54,475 nt of DNA, taken from positions 602,607-657,081 of the forward strand of contig MU006089.1 in NCBI GenBank assembly GCA_010093705.1, read 5' to 3'. Positions 49,273 through 54,475 of the stretch are shown in pieces. The notes under the pieces were generated by a model. That model was not told the origin of the DNA. It saw only the letters and a program-made list of their open reading frames with translations, and searched no databases. The translations under genes and the position numbers were made by a program. Position 1 is the first letter of the stretch. Every line of letters begins with the position of its first letter. The DNA comes from Patellaria atrata CBS 101060 (Eukaryota).

Positions 49273-51234
49273 ATGGAAGGCACAATGGAAGGTCAATACA
49301 CGCAACATCCTCAAGCTCAAGGGCAATCTGCTTTCTTCTACTACAATCCGGATCCTAGCCCAGAAAACCGTCAGCATGGACACTTTACACCTCATCCTCA
49401 TGGGATAGCTACACCGTTGACGATGCCTCACGAGCCCATGGGGTATTATAATCACGGAATGGTATATCAAAGGCCATCATCATCTAAGTCGCAGCAACAA
49501 GGATACCTCAATCAGACAATGCTCACCCCAGTTGCATCTCCTCAACCAATGTACCAAAAGCCAGCGATCCTGATCCAACAAGACTCTCCTATGTTATATC
49601 CTCTGGATACAGATTGCGCCGACTACCACTTTGCGCCGTCTACACCACCTTTGTCTTCGTCTGGTAGCGCAATCAGCAGTCCACCTTCGACATGTGACAT
49701 TCTACCAACTCCAGTTAACGGTATCTTCTTTCCGAATGAAGGCATCGAAGGTGTAAAGCAAGGTTGCGAAGAGGAAGTTTTTTCTGAGATTCTTGCTGGT
49801 GAATGGTCAGGTTCGGCATCTCCACCAATGACACCTTGTAAGTTTCACCTCTTGAAGCACATTGACAATTCAATTCTTTTTTCTTCATCGGGTGCATTCA
49901 ATTATTTCAAAAAGATATCACGTGTTTCAGTTGTTGAGGACGGAGGGAATTAAAGCATTTTCGTGATTGTGTTTCTAACTAACGTGTCCCCTGCAGTATT
50001 TATACAGCCACCTTCGGTTACGGGCTCCCAAGCTAACGGTTCATACCTCCTGTCTGCAACCTCATGCCCATCACTTTCACCATCTCCATCTCCTCTTCCA
50101 CGTAACAACGAATTCGACACTGAAGCAAACTTTTGTGATCCTCGCAATCTCACTGTCGCTTCTTCAACTTCGCCAAACGAAGTTCCTTGTCTTCCAACTC
50201 TCTGCCCTGGAGACGACGAGGAGCACAAGTTAATCCTTAGCGGTGACGCCTTTGCACTTAAACCCGAACAAGTTCAACTCGCTACTGCCAAGGATTTTAT
50301 TGGTATCAACGGACTACCCACTTTTAAACCACTTTTCGAACTCGACTCAGACGACGACTTTGCTGGTCTTGTGCACTTTCCATCTACTGAAAACACCAAC
50401 TTCATCGGAAACAAGAGACAACGCACTGAGCTTCTCTCCTTTGGTCAAGAGGACGATTCCTTATTAAGTGACGAGACTTTCAGTGACTTTGACGAGGATC
50501 TCGCAATCAGTGGTCTCCTTACTCCTACCGACACGGATATCTCATTCCAAAGCGAACAAGGTACTAAGATGAAATCGAAGAGACGTTCCAGCAAGAAGGC
50601 CAAAGCTGGCAGTGAATCCGACTCTGACAACATGGAAACCTTCCAAAGCCACGGAAAGGAGAATAAGGCTGCATCTAGCTCTTCCGCTCAACAACAGGCA
50701 ACTGAGGCTGAGGATCAAGACCACGCTGAAGATGCAGGTGCAGTGTCAAGCACCGACGAGCCTAATACCCCATCTGCACCTGTCAGCCGTCGTGGTCGCA
50801 AGCAATCCTTGACTGAGGATCCTTCTAAGACCTTTGTGTGTACTCTCTGCTCTCGTCGCTTCCGTCGTCAAGAACATCTTAAGCGTCATTACAGATCACT
50901 CCATACTGGCGAGAAGCCTTTTGAGTGCACTGATTGTGGGAAGAAGTTCTCACGAAGCGATAACCTATCTCAACATCAACGTACACACGGTACTGGTGCC
51001 ATCGTCATGGGTGTTCTCGACGGTTCAGAGATTCCATCGCCAAAGCAGGAGCACAGCCATAGCAATAGTCCATTTGAGGTTCAAGATACGAGTGCACTTG
51101 GTGCAGTTCTATTTGATGCTGCCGCTGCCGCTGCAGCTACTTTCTCCAGCAGCTCATCAGAATCTTATTCTGAACGAGACTTCAGCCCTTCGGGTATGGA
51201 CAAGAAGAACAAGAAGAGGAAACGAGAGGAGTGA
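49273..51234 (+). CDS. seb1: STRE-binding C2H2 zinc-finger transcription factor (Seb1/MsnA/Msn2-like)
   Basis: [19 protein letters not shown]-terminus and an intron 49838-49996. [68 protein letters not shown] forms two C2H2 fingers of the Msn2/Seb1 class. Confidence 0.92.
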
Positions 51235-52244
51235 AGACATGGAAGATTGGCGCAAGCTACACTTTTTTACCTTGAAGAGGAATTCATCTTGATACCTCAT
51301 CAAGACTTTTACGAACAGACATGAACAAGGGTCCTCTCTTTCATGAATGAGACCTATAATGCAAGACGTACACCGTCTGCTAATGCCGTCACGCTCGGGT
51401 AGACTGGAAAAATTGGGCGGTTGGTATCATCGGCGTGGAGAGTAACAAATCTAAAAGTCTCTCGTTTGATCACAAATATTTTCTTTGTACTTTGGTTTTG
51501 ATTGATACCTTCAGCATTGCGACTTTTATTCTGGAAGCCTGGTATAGGGTGGGGTCTGGGAAGAAACGGTATTTTTTTTTTGGGGGGGGGGGAAGTATTC
51601 GAATGGCAATTTGGGCTACTCTTTTTTTTGGCGATCAAGCAAACCTTACGAATTGTTCTCATACGTTCGTTGTAATAAGGGAACGGGAGGAGCATATGGC
51701 TACCTGTCTGCGTCTGGAATATTTTCCCCTTCTATTCAGCACTTGTATTTTTTTTTCTTCTTTGATGTTGGTTTTAGTGCTGGACACATTAGAAATCTCA
51801 TCGCCGATAGCACTTTTACTTATTTACTTCTACTTCGAAACGTTAACATGCGAAATCGAATGGACATGATACATTTAATTTGGTGTTCTACAAAGTATGA
51901 TGTGATTTGATAGTGTCCCACTTGATGATATATCCAGGTAGCTCCCAAATGTAGAATCTCACCTCTACTCTCCCACATGGGGAGCATATTATGCGAAAAG
52001 TATCAACCTTGCTACGCATCTAACGTCTTATCAAGCTCAGGACTGAAAAATAGCAGTAAATGTCTATCGAATCGTGATCGAAAGAATTTGCCAAAGAGGA
52101 AACTGGACAGCCGACTAGAATATCATCCTTTAAGAGCTTGGGTCCAAACGAAAAAGTAACCCAATTCTCAAAGGGGAGGTAGAAAAGAAGAGCCAAATAT
52201 AAACTCGACATATCTTCACCTGAAAACCCCCACCACCATCCACG

Positions 52245-54475
52245 ATGTCCTCCGACCGCCTAAACGTCATAGCCCTAATATCCGGCGGCAAAGACTCCTT
52301 CTTCTCCATCCTCCACGTGCTCGCAAACGGCCACAGAGTCGTCGCCCTCGCAAACCTCCACCCGTCCGACACCGAAAACGAAGACACAAACAGCTTCATG
52401 TACCAAACCGTCGGGCACACCGTGATCCCGCTCTACGAGCGCGCCCTCGCACTCCCGCTGTTCCGCCAACCCATCGCCGGCTCCGCCGTCAACACCTCCT
52501 CCACCTACGCCCTCGAGGGAGAGGGCGACGAGACTGAGGATCTGATCCCGCTGCTACGGAGAATCAGGGAGGCGGTTCCGGAGGCGAATTCGGTGTCGAC
52601 GGGTGCGATACTAAGTACGTACCAACGCACCCGCGTGGAGTCGGTCGCGGTTCGGATGGGTCTTGTGCCGTTGAGCTATCTTTGGCAGTTTCCTTATCTT
52701 CCGCCTTATCGGGAGACTTCGCTGCTTGGGGACATGAGGGCGGTGGGTCAGGAAGCTAGGATTGTCAAGGTGTGTTCTGGGGGTTTGGATGAGGAGTGCC
52801 TTTGGAGTGATGTTGGGGATGTGAGGACCGTGAGGAGGCTGAGGAGGGGTATGCGGAGGTTTAGGAGTGAGGTCGGCGCTGTACTCGGGGAGGGAGGGGA
52901 GTTTGAGACGTTGGCGTTGAAAGGACCAAGACCACTTTGGAAGGGGGTTATCGAAGTGGGGGAGAAGGAGGTGGTGAAAGAGGAGGGAGGGAGTTCGTTT
53001 GTGAAGTTAAGAGATGTGAAGGTGGTAGAGTTAGGGGATAAAGAGGATATTGAAGAAGACCGACTCGAGAAACTCAGGATCCCAGACTTTTTGGACGTGG
53101 AATTCAAAACCGTCCTGTCCAATCTATCGACTTCTACAAAGGACGACCAACCTATACAATCCAACGAAATCAGCACCGAAGTCTTCAAACCCACTCCCAT
53201 CCCCATCCACAACACCCACTCCATCCACGAAACCCCATCAACCCTCCACATCTCCAACATGATCTCCTCCCAACCCCTCTCCACCGACCCCCCCGAACCC
53301 ACCGTTCAACAACTCCACAGCATCTTCCACGCCCTCCGCGGCCACCTCACCCGCTACAACCTCAACCCCACCTCCATCGTCTCCTCCCTCGTCCTCCTCC
53401 GCTCAATGTCCGATTTCGCGCCCCTAAACCCCATCTACGCCTCCTTCTTCCCCACCCTAAACCCCGCAGCTAGAATCACCATCGCAACCGGCACCTCCCT
53501 CCCCCCCGGCATCAACATCGCCCTCTCCGTCATCGTGGATAAAGGTCCCGCGGAGAGACGGCGCATATTGCATGTGCAAAGCCGCTCTTACTGGGCCCCG
53601 GCGAATATCGGACCGTATTCGCAAGCTGTGGGGGTGCCGGTTACTCCCCATCTCAACACCCCAAACAGAATTCAAGCACTCAACGACGACGATGATGATG
53701 AGGATATAGAACTGAAAACCGAACCAGCGGAGATTGTCCATATAGCAGGCCAAATCCCCCTCGTACCCGCGACCATGACACCCGTCTCCTCCTCCCTGCC
53801 AATACCGGAGACCGGGGCTTTGGAAACACAGGCCGCACTCGCGCTCCAACACCTCTTCCGCATCGGCCGCGCCATAGGCGTCGACGGCTTCGGCTGCGCC
53901 ATCGCGTTCCTCTCGGCCTGCGGGGTGGGAGATAGTAGACGCCGCGCTGGGGTTGTGGGGAGCGTGTGGAGGGGAATCCACGCTGTTACGTACGAGGGGC
54001 AACATGGACGACGGGCTGACGAGGGCGAGGACGGGGGAAAAGAGGAGGACGACGTATGGGACCGTCTCCACAACCGGCACAAACACCCACTGCAAACTAT
54101 GGAAGAAAAGGCGGACGAGCAGGAAGGAAATATCAGACCCCTCCTCCCCAACTGGGCCAGACTAACCCTCAACTTCAACACCCCAGGCCCACGAACACCC
54201 GGCTCCGCGCCCGCGTGTTTCGTCGTTGAAGTCGAGGAGTTGCCTAGGGGCGTCGACGTCGAGATTACCGCGCTCGGATTTCGCTTCCCTTCTCCCTCTT
54301 CCTTCTCTTCCCTTTCATTTCGTCGGGCTGCAATGCAGGCGCCGGGTCCGTGTGACGCGTTAGGGTGGGAATACCTCGACCTCCCCGTCTCCGGTGGTAT
54401 GGCGGCTCGAGGGGGAGTCGAGAGGTTCGCCTGGGCGCCTGTGCGCGAGAGCGGGGAGTTGGAGGGGTTGGAGGG
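52245..54475 (+). CDS. DPH6: Diphthine--ammonia ligase (Dph6) with C-terminal YjgF/RidA-like domains; runs off the window end
   Basis: Missing from the ORF track because there is no stop in the window. MSSDRLNVIALISGGKDS (PP-loop)...DTNSFMYQTVGH...GAILSTYQRTRVESV...GEGGEFETL, and in the same frame LHVQSRSYWAPANIGPYSQA and IAGQIPLVP. Confidence 0.93.
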   Translation, partial: MSSDRLNVIALISGGKDSFFSILHVLANGHRVVALANLHPSDTENEDTNSFMYQTVGHTVIPLYERALALPLFRQPIAGSAVNTSSTYALEGEGDETEDLIPLLRRIREAVPEANSVSTGAILSTYQRTRVESVAVRMGLVPLSYLWQFPYLPPYRETSLLGDMRAVGQEARIVKVCSGGLDEECLWSDVGDVRTVRRLRRGMRRFRSEVGAVLGEGGEFETLALKGPRPLWKGVIEVGEKEVVKEEGGSSFVKLRDVKVVELGDKEDIEEDRLEKLRIPDFLDVEFKTVLSNLSTSTKDDQPIQSNEISTEVFKPTPIPIHNTHSIHETPSTLHISNMISSQPLSTDPPEPTVQQLHSIFHALRGHLTRYNLNPTSIVSSLVLLRSMSDFAPLNPIYASFFPTLNPAARITIATGTSLPPGINIALSVIVDKGPAERRRILHVQSRSYWAPANIGPYSQAVGVPVTPHLNTPNRIQALNDDDDDEDIELKTEPAEIVHIAGQIPLVPATMTPVSSSLPIPETGALETQAALALQHLFRIGRAIGVDGFGCAIAFLSACGVGDSRRRAGVVGSVWRGIHAVTYEGQHGRRADEGEDGGKEEDDVWDRLHNRHKHPLQTMEEKADEQEGNIRPLLPNWARLTLNFNTPGPRTPGSAPACFVVEVEELPRGVDVEITALGFRFPSPSSFSSLSFRRAAMQAPGPCDALGWEYLDLPVSGGMAARGGVERFAWAPVRESGELEGLE

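Noticed and set aside
51354..51910. Hydrophobic ORFs of 99-144 aa downstream of seb1
   Set aside because: They arise from T-rich 3' UTR sequence, use non-ATG starts and show no recognisable motifs.
52748..54181. Long minus-strand ORFs (184, 212 and 169 aa)
   Set aside because: Antisense shadows of the GC-rich DPH6 reading frame. The same applies to shadow ORFs over PAM17, the RhoGEF, NMO and UBX4.

Overview
Intron-rich genomic DNA from a filamentous ascomycete (Pezizomycotina-type GT-AG introns, mostly 45-170 nt, with CTRAC branch sites). Gene models were built by hand. Intact genes in order: FAR-17a/AIG1 membrane protein (partial), Zn2Cys6 transcription factor, PAM17, an RRM-like hypothetical protein, a DH-BAR-SH3 RhoGEF, telomerase reverse transcriptase (TERT, with two MCB boxes upstream), a TBC Rab-GAP, nitronate monooxygenase (split by an N gap), RPB11, a small heat-shock protein with HSEs, RPL36, a TUG/Ubx4 UBX protein, a thioredoxin-PITH protein, a Seb1/MsnA C2H2 factor and DPH6 (partial). 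The most notable region is about 27.8-33.7 kb, an accessory island of three damaged genes from families linked to fungal innate immunity and regulated cell death. It holds a SesB/SERAC1-like alpha/beta hydrolase fused directly to TPR-like helices with no NOD domain, a Ser/Thr kinase, and, head-to-head with that kinase, a HeLo-like plus kinase-like (MLKL-architecture) gene. No telomerase RNA, tRNA, rRNA, CRISPR array or recognisable transposon was found. No database searches were run; family calls rest on motif recognition.
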